From: an uncultured delta proteobacterium | Lineage (GTDB): Bacteria; Desulfobacterota; Binatia; UBA9968 | NCBI GenBank assembly: GCA_963840855.1 | Contig: CAWJBB010000048.1 | Coordinates: 1-56,627, forward strand | Reading direction: 5' to 3' | DNA length: 56,627 bases | Shown: positions 1 through 9,604 of the stretch, one piece after another | How the letters are laid out: the number at the start of each line of letters is the position of its first letter | Position numbering within the stretch: the stretch's first letter is position 1 | Notes under the pieces: generated by a model | Told to the model about the DNA's origin: nothing | Databases searched by the model: none | What the model saw: the letters and a program-made list of their open reading frames with translations, nothing else | Position numbers and translations under genes: made by a program

Positions 1-775
1 ATGATCTGGTCCGATGTTTTGGGATTGCCAATCGCTTCAAAAGCCTTATCGACGCCGCCGCCGGTCAATTTGACAACCGCCTTCACCGGATCTTCCACGC
101 CGGCATTGATCGTTTGCGTCGCGCCGAATTGTTTGGCCGCCTCGAGCTTTTCATCGGCGATGTCCACGGCGATTATCGGATAGGCGCCGAAGCATTTGAG
201 AAATTGCACGGTATTGAGGCCGATACCGCCGCAACCAATCACCAGCGCCGAATCCCCCGGCTCCAAGCGCCCGCGGTGCTTCACCGCATTGTACGCAGTC
301 GTCACGCGGCAACCGATGACGCTCGCTACGTCCATGGGCATGCCTCCGGGAAATTTAAAAGCCATGTAGCCGGGCACCGACACGTACTCGGCGAAGCCGC
401 CAACGTTCCAACGCGTCACCGTCGTGCCGTCGGTTTTTTCAACGGCGGCGGCGCGGGACGGCGCTCGCAGAGATTTTCTCGCGCGGATAGACAGTAGCGG
501 CACCGTCCGCACTTGTAGCGCATGCCGATGATCACCCCGTCGCCGACTTTGAAATCACGGCAACGCGCGCCGACCTGCGCGACGGTTCCAGCCACTTCAT
601 GGCCCAAAATCGTCGGCGGCGTAAAGCGGTTGCGTCCTTCCATGACTTTTAAATCGGTGTGGCATACGCCGCAGGAAGCGACTTTGATGAGGACGTCCTC
701 GTCGCCGACGGCGGGCATTTCGAGTTCTTCGATCTTCAACGGCTGGCGCGCTTCGTAAAGAATCGCGGCTTTCAT
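1..775 (-). CDS. Zinc-binding alcohol dehydrogenase (MDR family), runs off the left edge; apparent -1 frameshift at T6 434-439
   Basis: MKAAILYE start with AGGAG RBS; GVCHTD, GHE and CGRCRYC..C zinc motifs; after the A6 run the -1 frame continues with GGFAEYV and the Rossmann motif VIGCGGIGL. Confidence 0.85.
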
Positions 776-883
776 GGGCACTCCTGACTACTTGATGTTA
801 AATTAACCTTGAGTCTAATTACGCTAGCCAAGCGTGACCCGTCAAGGGACGCGGGTGGTGAGCAAGGCGCCGTGAAATACGCC

Positions 884-912
884 TTGACAGATTTTCTACT
901 TCTGACTAGTGT
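884..912 (+). promoter_or_regulatory. Putative sigma70 promoter for the isochorismatase-like gene
   Basis: TTGACA (884-889), 17-nt spacer, TAGTGT (907-912). Confidence 0.5.
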
Positions 913-1035
913 CCTTGAACTAAAGTTCGTAAAAGAAGTCGATGGTCTCTACTGTGATGCCGCGATCGCCGGGAGGACAACTCAGCGGGCAATGACGAGT
1001 GAATTTTGTAACGAACTTCGGATACGGGACCCTAG
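906..1035. mobile_element. MITE-like 130-bp element with imperfect terminal inverted repeats bounded by CTAG
   Basis: Left end CTAGTGTCCTTGAACTAAAGTTCGT versus reverse complement of right end CTAGGGTCCCGTATCCGAAGTTCGT; about 24/35 identity over the ends; no credible internal gene. Confidence 0.5.
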
Positions 1036-1068
1036 TGTCGATTAGACTTCGAGCGAAGGAGATTAAAA

Positions 1069-1611
1069 ATGCCGAACAAACCCATACCCCAGGAAGTCGC
1101 CGTCGATGCCAAAACGACCGCGTTGCTGGTTCTGGATTTGAACGCCCGTTGCGAGAATCCCGAGGAAGCGTGCCACAAACTGATCGAGCCCGTGGCGAAG
1201 TTCTTAGAGCGCGCCCGCCAGGCGAACATGTTCATCATGTACACCGCTGCCGACCGCTACAAAGGCACGCCGGAAGCGCGCATGCCGCACGCGTTCAAAC
1301 AGCGCGCCGACGAACCGACGATCTTTCCTGCGGCCTTCGACAAGTTTTACAGCGGCGAGATGCAGCCCATGCTCCAGCAGCGCGGCATCAAAACGGTGAT
1401 CTGCTGCGGCGCAGCAAGCAATCAGGCGGTGATGTACACGGCCACGGCTGCCGTTCGCCCGTTTGGTTACACCTGCGTCATTCCCGTCGATGGCCTCATC
1501 GCCCGCGGCGATTACGAGCACGAATTCACCCTGCACCAGTTTACGATCCTACCCGGCGGCGCCGCGGAAAAGTTTCGCATCACCGAATTCGACAAGATAA
1601 AGATTGCGTGA
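1069..1611 (+). CDS. Isochorismatase/cysteine-hydrolase family protein with atypical catalytic residues
   Basis: TALLVLDL motif and LQQRGIKTVICCG..AVMYTA..A pattern of the family; AAGGAG RBS. Confidence 0.85.
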   Translation: MPNKPIPQEVAVDAKTTALLVLDLNARCENPEEACHKLIEPVAKFLERARQANMFIMYTAADRYKGTPEARMPHAFKQRADEPTIFPAAFDKFYSGEMQPMLQQRGIKTVICCGAASNQAVMYTATAAVRPFGYTCVIPVDGLIARGDYEHEFTLHQFTILPGGAAEKFRITEFDKIKIA

Positions 1612-1663
1612 ATCGGCAGGGGGGTGATGCGAAATTTTTCTAGCAGTGCCCGGCAAGCCTCCT

Positions 1664-2239
1664 TTAACGAAGCACGCCCGCAGCTTTTGCAGTATGCGTC
1701 GCAATTGCATCCATGAGCGCCGGGGACAGGCAATCATAGGGCTCCAGGCCAAGCTCCCTCAGTCTGGCCCTGACCGCGCTCATGTCATCCGGATTGGCCC
1801 CCGACTCAATTATGGAGGAGACAAATGCCGCGAATTCCGGCGGTGCCCAGCCTTCATCTGACGATAGCTCGGTATGAACGAAATCAAAGCCGAAGAACGG
1901 ATGCTTTTGATTGTCGATGCGTCCGTACATATGCACGCCGCACTCCTGGCAGGCGTATCGCTTGATAGCCGCGCTCGGGTCCACGACCTTTAACTTGCCC
2001 TCATTCGCAGACACCTTGAGCTTGTCACGCGGCACCACTGCGACCTGTGAGAAAAGCGCGCCAGCCGGCTTCCAACACTTGGTGCATCCACACACGTGGT
2101 TATGGGCGCACTGGCTTGCAACCGACACCGCAACCTTCCCATCCGCGCAGCGGCACACCAGCGTACCGCCCGCGAAGTTCGCAGCGCCGGGTTTCACACC
2201 TTGGTCGACCCTCGGATGTATGGAAAATGCATTGGCCAT
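1664..2239 (-). CDS. gfa: Glutathione-dependent formaldehyde-activating enzyme (S-(hydroxymethyl)glutathione synthase)
   Basis: [48 protein letters not shown] and PYDCLSP motifs typical of Gfa. Confidence 0.95.
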   Translation of the reverse strand: MANAFSIHPRVDQGVKPGAANFAGGTLVCRCADGKVAVSVASQCAHNHVCGCTKCWKPAGALFSQVAVVPRDKLKVSANEGKLKVVDPSAAIKRYACQECGVHMYGRIDNQKHPFFGFDFVHTELSSDEGWAPPEFAAFVSSIIESGANPDDMSAVRARLRELGLEPYDCLSPALMDAIATHTAKAAGVLR

Positions 2240-2532
2240 TTCTAGTTCTCCCCCTTTCCGTAGAATTTCCCAACTAAAAATCTTCGAAGCCTAGTGATAA
2301 AGCGCCCCGGTGTGTTTATACCAACCGGCAGATTCGTTTTCGAGATGGATTGTAAATTCTTTTTTGCCACTAAACAACAATAATTCGAGCAAGCTCCGAT
2401 ATCTTTGGAATCCGCGTTCCGGCTAGCCGCGGTTGGCGAAAGGGTATCGGAGGGTTGTTTTAATCGCGCATGCGCGAATTCGGCGAAGAATAATTACATC
2501 ACGAGATTCCGCCCAACCGGTTGCCGCGGTTT

Positions 2533-3713
2533 TTAAGTATCGATAGATCTCAGCGTATGCGCGAATTTGGCGACCAATAAAACGGCAACCGAGCCAAGAC
2601 ATCCGCCCAGCACCAACGCGCCCGGAACGCCCATCAAGCTAGCCGCGGTGCCCAGCTGGGCGTGGCCCATGTCCCGCGGACATGAAAACCTGGTCGAAGC
2701 TTTTTACCCGGCCGCGCATGCGGTCCGGCGTCATCAGCTGAATCAGAGTGTCGCGCAGAGTTTCGCCGATGGCATCGACCAGCCCCAGCAAAAAACAATC
2801 GTCTGAGAGGCACGCGGAGCTCGATAGGCCATCGCAGCTCAGACGCGGTTCGAGCAGCGTGACTGCCGATGCAGTTGGCTGCATCTCCGCTTCCGAAGTG
2901 TTGACGGATGCCCGATCCGACCAATGCGCTCAAGCCGTTCACGCCGAGAAGGCGCCGATACCGGCCGGTCCCGTACCCAGAATGTCCCGGGCAAAGTCCG
3001 GCATCATCGAACGATAGGCTCGGAAAAATTGCACGAAGTGTCCATCGCTCATCAACCCAAGATCGCCGACATTGTTGCGAATGAAATTGAAGCCGCCGCG
3101 CACGCTTTCCAACGGCGACTATTTTTCTCCGGCGAGGGAGTCGGCCGCACGCGCATGAAGGCCAGACAAACAATCAGCTGGGAAAACTCGCGGCATCGAT
3201 AAAATATGACGCGCTGATGCCGAAGACACTGATGACAATTCCGCCGATAAAAGGACCTGCCAGGGTCGCGATTTGGCGCCACGAAATATTCAATGCATAG
3301 GCGGAGGCGAGCTGTTCGGCGGGAACCAGTAGCGGAATCAACGCGTGCGGCCGGGGCGTCAAATATGCTGACCGCGCCGGACAGAAAAGTGACGGCGTAA
3401 ATATCCAGACGTGCATTTCCCGTCGCGTCAGCGACCCGAGCGCAAGGTCCAGAAGGGTGGCGAGATTTGTGCCGATGGAGCCCCGCCGCCGATGCGGTCG
3501 GCGACGACCCTCCGGGGATGGACAAATCATTACCGGTAGAGCTCTGAAGAGTCCCGTCAATCCCAGTTGAAAAGGTGAGTTAGTGATCTCTAGACTTGCA
3601 GGCGATGGCGACCGCGGATATCTCGCTTCCCACCGCCGAGAAGAGCCGGCTGATCCAAAAGAGGCCCAATTCTCTGTCGCGAGCACTTGCCAAGGCGTCA
3701 CTTTGCGTTTCAC
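2533..3713 (-). pseudogene. Major facilitator superfamily transporter, broken by many frameshifts
   Basis: Fragments in alternating frames: FWISRLFSAVGSEISAVAIA, TNSPFQLGLTGLFRALP, LAGPFIGGIVI..YFIDAASF, TLIQLMTPDRMRGRV; TAA at 2533-2535. Confidence 0.75.
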
Positions 3714-3811
3714 GGTTGTGGATTTTGTTAGAGGCTCGAGCAATGGATCGAGAAATTAGGCGCCCAAATCTTACGTGAGTGGTTATCAGCGCTGTTTTTA
3801 GTCTGATTCCG

Positions 3812-4351
3812 CTACAGCGGTTTCAATGAGAGGAACTGCGGCGGCACGTTTTCGGCGAGAAACAAGGGACCTGAGCGGTAGAAAGCGATGTCGGCTTGGC
3901 GCGCCGCGCGGGCATCGACGACAACAATGGCCGGCATAATGTCGCGCCGCTTTCCCACCGCCTCCGCTTCCTCCAGGGACGCGCTCAGATGCACAAATTG
4001 GCGGTCCCGAGGCTTGAGCCCTGTGTGTAGAATCGATTGCGCCAGATCGCGCGCCGTACCGAAATAAAGCTCCGGCGGCGGTTCCACCGGCTCGAGCCCG
4101 AGATCCACCGGGAACGAGTGGCCGTAGGTCGCCCGTACCTTATCATCGCGCAGCTCGAAACGCTTTTTCTCCGACTCGGTAACCACGGCACGAACCGCTT
4201 GCTCCGTGGCGTCAAAGAAACGCTCTTGGACAAGATCCACGATCGCAGACCAGGCGACAAATCCATGGCGATCGAAGGCCAGAGGATACTCCTTGGGCCG
4301 GTGGCGCAAGAGGTAGCTGAGAAAGCGGGAAATTCGTTCCGGGGGAATCAA
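3812..4351 (-). CDS. kptA: RNA 2'-phosphotransferase (Tpt1/KptA family)
   Basis: SRFLSYLLRH, KKRFE, VRATYGHS, GLKP..RQFVHLS motifs. Confidence 0.92.
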   Translation of the reverse strand: MIPPERISRFLSYLLRHRPKEYPLAFDRHGFVAWSAIVDLVQERFFDATEQAVRAVVTESEKKRFELRDDKVRATYGHSFPVDLGLEPVEPPPELYFGTARDLAQSILHTGLKPRDRQFVHLSASLEEAEAVGKRRDIMPAIVVVDARAARQADIAFYRSGPLFLAENVPPQFLSLKPL

Positions 4352-4361
4352 CTCTTCCTCG

Positions 4362-5243
4362 CTACCCCTTTTTCGCGCCGGTAATCACGTCATAGACGTT
4401 AACGGCGATGCCGGTCGCTTCGTAGCCGTCCATGCCGGTGGCCTGGGCGATGGAAAACAACTGATAAGCCAGCGCGACGAACGGCATGGGAACTTCCATC
4501 TGGCGCGCCATGTCGAGACCGAAGCCGACATCCTTGGGCATCCATGATTTGCGCGGCTTGAATTTGCGGCTCACGACGATTTCCATTATGCGGTCGATGG
4601 CAACGGAATCCTGCTGCGAATTTTTGAGGATAGTGCGAAAGGTTTCTTCGCTCAAGCCGCCTTTTTTGAGCCAAGCGCAAATTTCCGCCAGGCTCAAATG
4701 CTGCACCGCGGCGAACATCGCCATGGCGTTTTTCACCAGCTTGGCATTGCCAAGGTCGCCGACGTGGATAACTTTATTGCCCATCGCTTTAAACACCGGC
4801 TGATGCTCGTCGAACAGCGTTTTCGATCCAGAAATCCACAGTGACAAAGTCCCGGCGGCAGCGGCTTCTTCGACTCCGCCGGCGGAACCGTCGAGAATGG
4901 TCCAGCCCTGTTTGCAAAGCTCAGAGTTCACTTCCACTATGGTTTTCTTGTCGATGCTGCTCAAATCGACCCACAGCTTGGCGCCGCTACGAGCTTCGCT
5001 GAGACCGGCATTGCCTAACCCGACCGCGCGCACGGCTTCGTTGTATGGCAGCATCGAGAGAACCATGTCGCAGGATTCCGCCACCGCCTTGGGCGATTCT
5101 TTAAATACTGCGCCCCTATCCTCGAGCGCCTTGCCTTGTTCGCGGCGCAAGTCGTTGATGACCAGACTATGTCCCGCCTTGAGCAGATTTGCGGCCATGC
5201 CGCTGCCCATGCCGCCGGTGCCGATGAAGCCTAACTTCGCCAT
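4362..5243 (-). CDS. NAD(P)-dependent beta-hydroxyacid dehydrogenase (3-hydroxyisobutyrate dehydrogenase/GarR family)
   Basis: LGFIGTGGMGSGMAANL Rossmann motif, catalytic-Lys region AKLVKN, KDVGFGL; AGGAGG RBS before the ATG at 5243. Confidence 0.9.
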   Translation of the reverse strand: MAKLGFIGTGGMGSGMAANLLKAGHSLVINDLRREQGKALEDRGAVFKESPKAVAESCDMVLSMLPYNEAVRAVGLGNAGLSEARSGAKLWVDLSSIDKKTIVEVNSELCKQGWTILDGSAGGVEEAAAAGTLSLWISGSKTLFDEHQPVFKAMGNKVIHVGDLGNAKLVKNAMAMFAAVQHLSLAEICAWLKKGGLSEETFRTILKNSQQDSVAIDRIMEIVVSRKFKPRKSWMPKDVGFGLDMARQMEVPMPFVALAYQLFSIAQATGMDGYEATGIAVNVYDVITGAKKG

Positions 5244-5264
5244 GAGAACCTCCTGGAGATTTCG

Positions 5265-5348
5265 GTTCAACGTTCAAGGTTCAAGTTCAAGGTTTTGGTC
5301 CCAATCCCGAATCTTTGGTTTCTACACGTTGAACATTGAACTTTGAAC
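5265..5348. repeat. Inverted tandem heptamer repeat, (GTTCAAN)n...(NTTGAAC)n
   Basis: gttcaac gttcaag gttcaa gttcaag ... gttgaac attgaac tttgaac. Confidence 0.85.
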
Positions 5349-5403
5349 GGCGTCGATCGGAACAACGTCAGTCAGGTGAAAATACCGCCTAACATCGCTT
5401 TGT

Positions 5404-5781
5404 CTAAGGTGTGCTCTGATCGATGATGCGCACGCCCTCCGGCCACAAGACCAACACCAACGTGTCGCCGATCGCGCGCGGCGTATGCACCGATTTTGCA
5501 TCCAAAAATACAAAATCCCCTTCCCGGTAGTCGCCTGTCTCATCGGCGATCTGGCCTTTGAGCACGAGATAGATCTCGCCACCGATATGTTCATGCTTCA
5601 CGAAGGCGTCCGGATTCGCGTCGGCGCGAATGCGGTAAAGTACCAATTCGCGGCGGCCTTCCCGCGCCAGGCGGGCCATGAACAGCCCATTGCCGAAATC
5701 GCGCCAAGGGAGTCTATCGACGGCGCCGTTATCCAAATCGATTTTCAGAAAATCTCGCAACGAGCGGCAAAGCACAGCCAT
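5404..5781 (-). CDS. Cupin-domain protein (ChrR-like cupin)
   Basis: HEHIGGEIYLVLKG..D..G.Y..GDFVF....SVHTP cupin motifs 1 and 2. Confidence 0.8.
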   Translation of the reverse strand: MAVLCRSLRDFLKIDLDNGAVDRLPWRDFGNGLFMARLAREGRRELVLYRIRADANPDAFVKHEHIGGEIYLVLKGQIADETGDYREGDFVFLDAKSVHTPRAIGDTLVLVLWPEGVRIIDQSTP

Positions 5782-5982
5782 AGGAACCCTTTCTTTGCGC
5801 TTCCTTATCACGATGAGCGGTCTAAAGAAAACCACATCCGAGGCGGAATTGCCCATCGCGGATAGGGGTTTGCCTCAGAGGCAAAAATTATAGACGGTTC
5901 TGAAAAGAGAACGTGGTGGGCAGTAAGCAAGAGTTCCAAACAATTCAACGAGGAACTTGTGATGAAGATCCGGTCTCGCTTC

Positions 5983-6010
5983 CTTGAACATTGAACCTTG
6001 AACTTTGAAC
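5983..6010. repeat. Tandem heptamer repeat (NTTGAAC)x4 downstream of rplQ
   Basis: cttgaac attgaac cttgaac tttgaac; degenerate partner gttccaa..attcaac at about 5933-5949. Confidence 0.8.
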
Positions 6011-6029
6011 CCGCCGGAAGGCGGAGGTT

Positions 6030-6461
6030 TTATGCCGCAGCTTCTTGGGCAGCCGCTTGGCGCCGGCGCGCCCTTCTGCCGATTTTTTGTCCTCCGGAAG
6101 AAGCCTCGCTGCCAACCAGCTCAATGATGGAAACCGGCGCGGCATCGCCGCGGCGGATGCCGATCTTGACGATGCGCGTGTAACCACCCGGGCGGTCCTT
6201 GAAACGGGGCGCGATGGTGTCGAAGAGTTTGCGCACCACCGCTTTGTCCTGAACAACTGCCAGAACCTGGCGACGCGCGTGCAGGCTCCCCTGTTTACCA
6301 AGCGTTATCACCCGGTCCGCCCAGCGCCGTAACTCTTTGGCCTTCGCATCGGTGGTCTTGATCTTCTCATCGCGCAACAGCGACGTGATCATATTGCGGA
6401 TCAGTGCCCAACGGTGGCTCGCCGACCTGCTGAGTTTCCGTCCTGACTTTTGGTGGCGCAT
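6030..6461 (-). CDS. rplQ: 50S ribosomal protein L17
   Basis: [22 protein letters not shown]; follows rpoA. Confidence 0.98.
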   Translation of the reverse strand: MRHQKSGRKLSRSASHRWALIRNMITSLLRDEKIKTTDAKAKELRRWADRVITLGKQGSLHARRQVLAVVQDKAVVRKLFDTIAPRFKDRPGGYTRIVKIGIRRGDAAPVSIIELVGSEASSGGQKIGRRARRRQAAAQEAAA

Positions 6462-6464
6462 GGC

Positions 6465-7493
6465 TCAGGCCGACTCCTTTTCCGCGGCGCGCTTGCGCGC
6501 TTCGATTTCCTCGCGGCTCGGAAAATGCTCGACCCGCATGCCCAGCTCCAGCCCCATCTCGCGCAGAATTTCCTTGATTTCGTTGAGCGACTTATGGCCG
6601 AAATTTTTGGTCTTGAGCATTTCCTGTTCAGACTTCTGTACCAGCTCGCCGATATACTTGATATCGGCGTTTTGCAGGCAATTTTGCGAGCGCACGGAGA
6701 ACTCCAATTCGTCGACGCTCCGAAACAGATGATCATTGAGCGGAATCGAAGGCCCGTCATCGCGCTGCTCCGGACGCGGCTCATCCTGGAAGTTGACGAA
6801 AATGCTCACCTGGTCTTGCAGAATCTTCGCGGCGTAGGCCATGGCGTCGTCCGGTTTGACGCTGCCGTCGGTGTGCACCTCGAAGACGACGCGATCATAA
6901 TCCGTCCGTTGTCCGACCCGGGCATTGGTCACGTTGAAATTGACCTTGTGCACAGGCGAGAAGACCGCGTCGATAAAAATTGTGTCCACCGGCGCGCCCT
7001 CTTCCTTGTTTCGTTCTGCCGGCACGTACCCGCGCCCCATCTTCAGGGTCATCTCCATCTCGAGCTTGGCGTCGCGGGAGAGCGTCGCGATTTTCTGGCC
7101 GGGGTTTAGAATCTCCACAGCGGCCGGCGCGATGATGTCCTTGGCCTGCACCACGCCCGGCCCTTTGGTGTCAATTTTGAGGGTCTGCGCCTCGCCTTCG
7201 TTCATCCGAAAACGAACTTCCTTGAGATTGAGAATGATATCGGCGACATCCTCCGTGACCCCCGAGACGGTGGAAAATTCGTGGAGTATTCCCTTGATGC
7301 GCACCGCGACGATCGACGCGCCCATGAGCGAGGATAACAGGAGGCGTCTGAGCGAATTGCCGATGGTTTGGCCGAAGCCGCGCTCGAAAGGCTCGGCGTG
7401 AAACCTCCCGTAGGTCGCCGTCAACGTTGACTCTTCCACCTCCAACTTCTTGGGTTTGATCAATTCCGTCCAATGCCTATACGTTGTGGACAT
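6465..7493 (-). CDS. rpoA: RNA polymerase alpha subunit
   Basis: [26 protein letters not shown], alpha-[15 protein letters not shown]. Confidence 0.99.
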   Translation of the reverse strand: MSTTYRHWTELIKPKKLEVEESTLTATYGRFHAEPFERGFGQTIGNSLRRLLLSSLMGASIVAVRIKGILHEFSTVSGVTEDVADIILNLKEVRFRMNEGEAQTLKIDTKGPGVVQAKDIIAPAAVEILNPGQKIATLSRDAKLEMEMTLKMGRGYVPAERNKEEGAPVDTIFIDAVFSPVHKVNFNVTNARVGQRTDYDRVVFEVHTDGSVKPDDAMAYAAKILQDQVSIFVNFQDEPRPEQRDDGPSIPLNDHLFRSVDELEFSVRSQNCLQNADIKYIGELVQKSEQEMLKTKNFGHKSLNEIKEILREMGLELGMRVEHFPSREEIEARKRAAEKESA

Positions 7494-7515
7494 AGTTTCT
7501 CCAGCCGCTCAAAAG

Positions 7516-8142
7516 TTATTTCGAATACAATTCTACAATCAGCTTTTCGTTAATGGGCATCGTGATATCGCTTCGGGTAGGCAGCAACTTGATGCGCCCG
7601 CTGCACGTGTCGCGGTCCAGTTCAGCCCAGTCGGGCACGCCGCGGCGCTGCGCCCCTTCCATGGCGGAAAGAACCCGCGTAATCTGGCGGCTCCGCTCTT
7701 TCACCGATACCACGTCTCCCACGCGCACGATGTATGAGGGTATGTTGACCTTTTGCCCATTAACCAATACGTGGCCGTGGCGCACCAAGAGGCGCGCTTC
7801 CGCCCGCGAGCCGGCAAATCCTAAGCGGTAGGCGACATTATCGAGCCGCCGTTCCAACAGCACCAAGAGGGTCTCGCCGGTGATACCCTTGGTCCGGGCC
7901 GCCTGCGCGAAGGTGCGGCGGAACTGATTTTCCAAAAGGCCGTACATGCGCTTGACTTTTTGCTTCTCGCGCAGCTGGATGCTGTATTCGGAAAATTTCT
8001 TCCTCGCCTGGCCATGCTGTCCCGGCGGATAGTTGCGCCGTTCGATAGCGCACTTGTCGGTGTAGCAGCGCTCTCCTTTGAGAAAAAGCTTCAAGTTTTC
8101 GCGCCGACAAAGCCGGCACACGGAATCTTTATATCGAGCCAA
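7516..8142 (-). CDS. rpsD: 30S ribosomal protein S4 (TTG start)
   Basis: [29 protein letters not shown]; AAGGAGG RBS before the TTG at 8142. Confidence 0.97.
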   Translation of the reverse strand: MARYKDSVCRLCRRENLKLFLKGERCYTDKCAIERRNYPPGQHGQARKKFSEYSIQLREKQKVKRMYGLLENQFRRTFAQAARTKGITGETLLVLLERRLDNVAYRLGFAGSRAEARLLVRHGHVLVNGQKVNIPSYIVRVGDVVSVKERSRQITRVLSAMEGAQRRGVPDWAELDRDTCSGRIKLLPTRSDITMPINEKLIVELYSK

Positions 8143-8162
8143 TCCGTCCTCCTTGTGAGTCT

Positions 8163-8618
8163 TCAAACCCTCCGGCGCTTCGGCGGGCGGCAGCCGTTGT
8201 GCGGAATCGGCGTTACGTCTTTGATCAAGCTGATGTTGATACCGGCGGATTGCAGCGCGCGCAGGGCCGACTCGCGGCCCGCGCCCGGGCCGCGCACGAA
8301 AATCTGCACGGTGCGCAGCCCGTGATCCATTGCTTTCTTGGCGGCGCTGTCTGCCGCCTGTTGCGCCGCGAACGGCGTGCCTTTGCGCGAGCCCTTGAAG
8401 CCCATCGCCCCCGCGCTGGCCCACGAGATCACGTTGCCTTGATAGTCGGTGATCGTCACGATGGTGTTGTTGAAGGTCGAATGAATATGCACCACGCCTT
8501 CGGCGATGTTTTTCCGCCCCCGCCGTCTGCGCGCGGCGCGGTCCGCGGCCTTTTGGTCCGCCTCGCTGTCGGCCTTTTTCTCCGGTTTTGCTTCCGCGGC
8601 GTCATCCGCTTTTGCCAT
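8163..8618 (-). CDS. rpsK: 30S ribosomal protein S11
   Basis: [30 protein letters not shown]. Confidence 0.99.
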   Translation of the reverse strand: MAKADDAAEAKPEKKADSEADQKAADRAARRRRGRKNIAEGVVHIHSTFNNTIVTITDYQGNVISWASAGAMGFKGSRKGTPFAAQQAADSAAKKAMDHGLRTVQIFVRGPGAGRESALRALQSAGINISLIKDVTPIPHNGCRPPKRRRV

Positions 8619-8655
8619 GAGTTTCTCCTAGTTTTGGCTAACCCGTGTCGCCTAC

Positions 8656-9039
8656 TTAGCCCTTGGACGGCGCCGGCTTTTTGCCAGCGACGGTCCTGCG
8701 CGGCCCTTTGCGCGTGCGCCCGTTGGTATGGGTGCGCTGTCCGCGCACCGGCAGGTTTTTGCGATGGCGCAGGCCGCGGTAAGAGCCCATGTCGATATGG
8801 CGCTTGATATTGGCCGTGATATCGCGCCTGAGATCACCCTCGACTTTGAAACCTTGATCGAGGATCTGGCGGATCTTGACAACATCGTCATCGGAAAGGT
8901 CGTCACTCTTGAGATCCAGAGAAATTCCGGCTTGCTCAAGGATCTTTCGCGAGCCCGGGCGCCCGATGCCATAGATATAAGTAAGCGCGACTTCCATCCG
9001 TTTGCTCTTCGGCAAATCCACGCCTGCGATTCGTGCCAT
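8656..9039 (-). CDS. rpsM: 30S ribosomal protein S13
   Basis: [21 protein letters not shown]. Confidence 0.99.
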   Translation of the reverse strand: MARIAGVDLPKSKRMEVALTYIYGIGRPGSRKILEQAGISLDLKSDDLSDDDVVKIRQILDQGFKVEGDLRRDITANIKRHIDMGSYRGLRHRKNLPVRGQRTHTNGRTRKGPRRTVAGKKPAPSKG

Positions 9040-9103
9040 GGTATTACTCCCTTGGGAAATTGAAGTTCATTGCACAGCCACCCCCGGGCCTGTCCCCGGG
9101 GCC

Positions 9104-9147
9104 GTTCGAGTCGTTCAAAAAGTTCCAATCGTTCAAAACGTTTTGAA
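9104..9147. repeat. Tandem nonamer repeat (GTTCAANNC-like) in the rpmJ-rpsM spacer
   Basis: gttcgagtc gttcaaaaa gttccaatc gttcaaaac gttttgaa. Confidence 0.75.
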
Positions 9148-9233
9148 TCCCCGCTTGGTACCTGCCTTCCACAAAGTTTACTCTTCGGGATGCATTCTGT
9201 CGTGGGTTTGCGTCGATGCATGAATAATCCGCG

Positions 9234-9347
9234 CTAGCCTTGCCGCTGTTTATGCTTGGTATTGACGCACAATACCCGCACCACGCCCCTGCGGCGAATC
9301 ACTTTGCACTTGCTGCAAATCTTTTTAACCGAGGCTCTAACCTTCAC
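9234..9347 (-). CDS. rpmJ: 50S ribosomal protein L36 (37 aa, GTG start; absent from the ORF track)
   Basis: Manual translation [37 protein letters not shown]. Confidence 0.97.
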   Translation of the reverse strand: MKVRASVKKICSKCKVIRRRGVVRVLCVNTKHKQRQG

Positions 9348-9360
9348 GATGGCTCCCGCT

Positions 9361-9579
9361 TTACCGTTCTCGGAAGACAATCCGGCCGCGCGCCAAATCG
9401 TAGGGCGACAGCTCGATCTTGACCTTGTCTCCCGGAAGAATCTTTATGTAATGCATGCGCATCTTGCCCGAGATATGCGCGAGGACTTTATGCCCGTTGT
9501 CCAACTCCACACGGAACATGGCGTTGGGGAGCGTTTCAAGCACGGTGCCGGTGACTTCGATGGCGTCTTCTTTAGGCAT
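9361..9579 (-). CDS. infA: Translation initiation factor IF-1
   Basis: [23 protein letters not shown]. Confidence 0.99.
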   Translation of the reverse strand: MPKEDAIEVTGTVLETLPNAMFRVELDNGHKVLAHISGKMRMHYIKILPGDKVKIELSPYDLARGRIVFRER

Positions 9580-9604
9580 GGAGGATTCGCGTAATCATAA
9601 TCGT

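Noticed and set aside
2240-2532. Sigma54 or other regulatory site upstream of gfa
   Set aside because: AT-rich with a TGGCA, but no correctly spaced TTGC; no confident motif.
8143-8424. N-terminal extension of rpsD in the ORF track (302 aa)
   Set aside because: It overlaps rpsK; the real start is the TTG at 8142, which has an AAGGAGG RBS.
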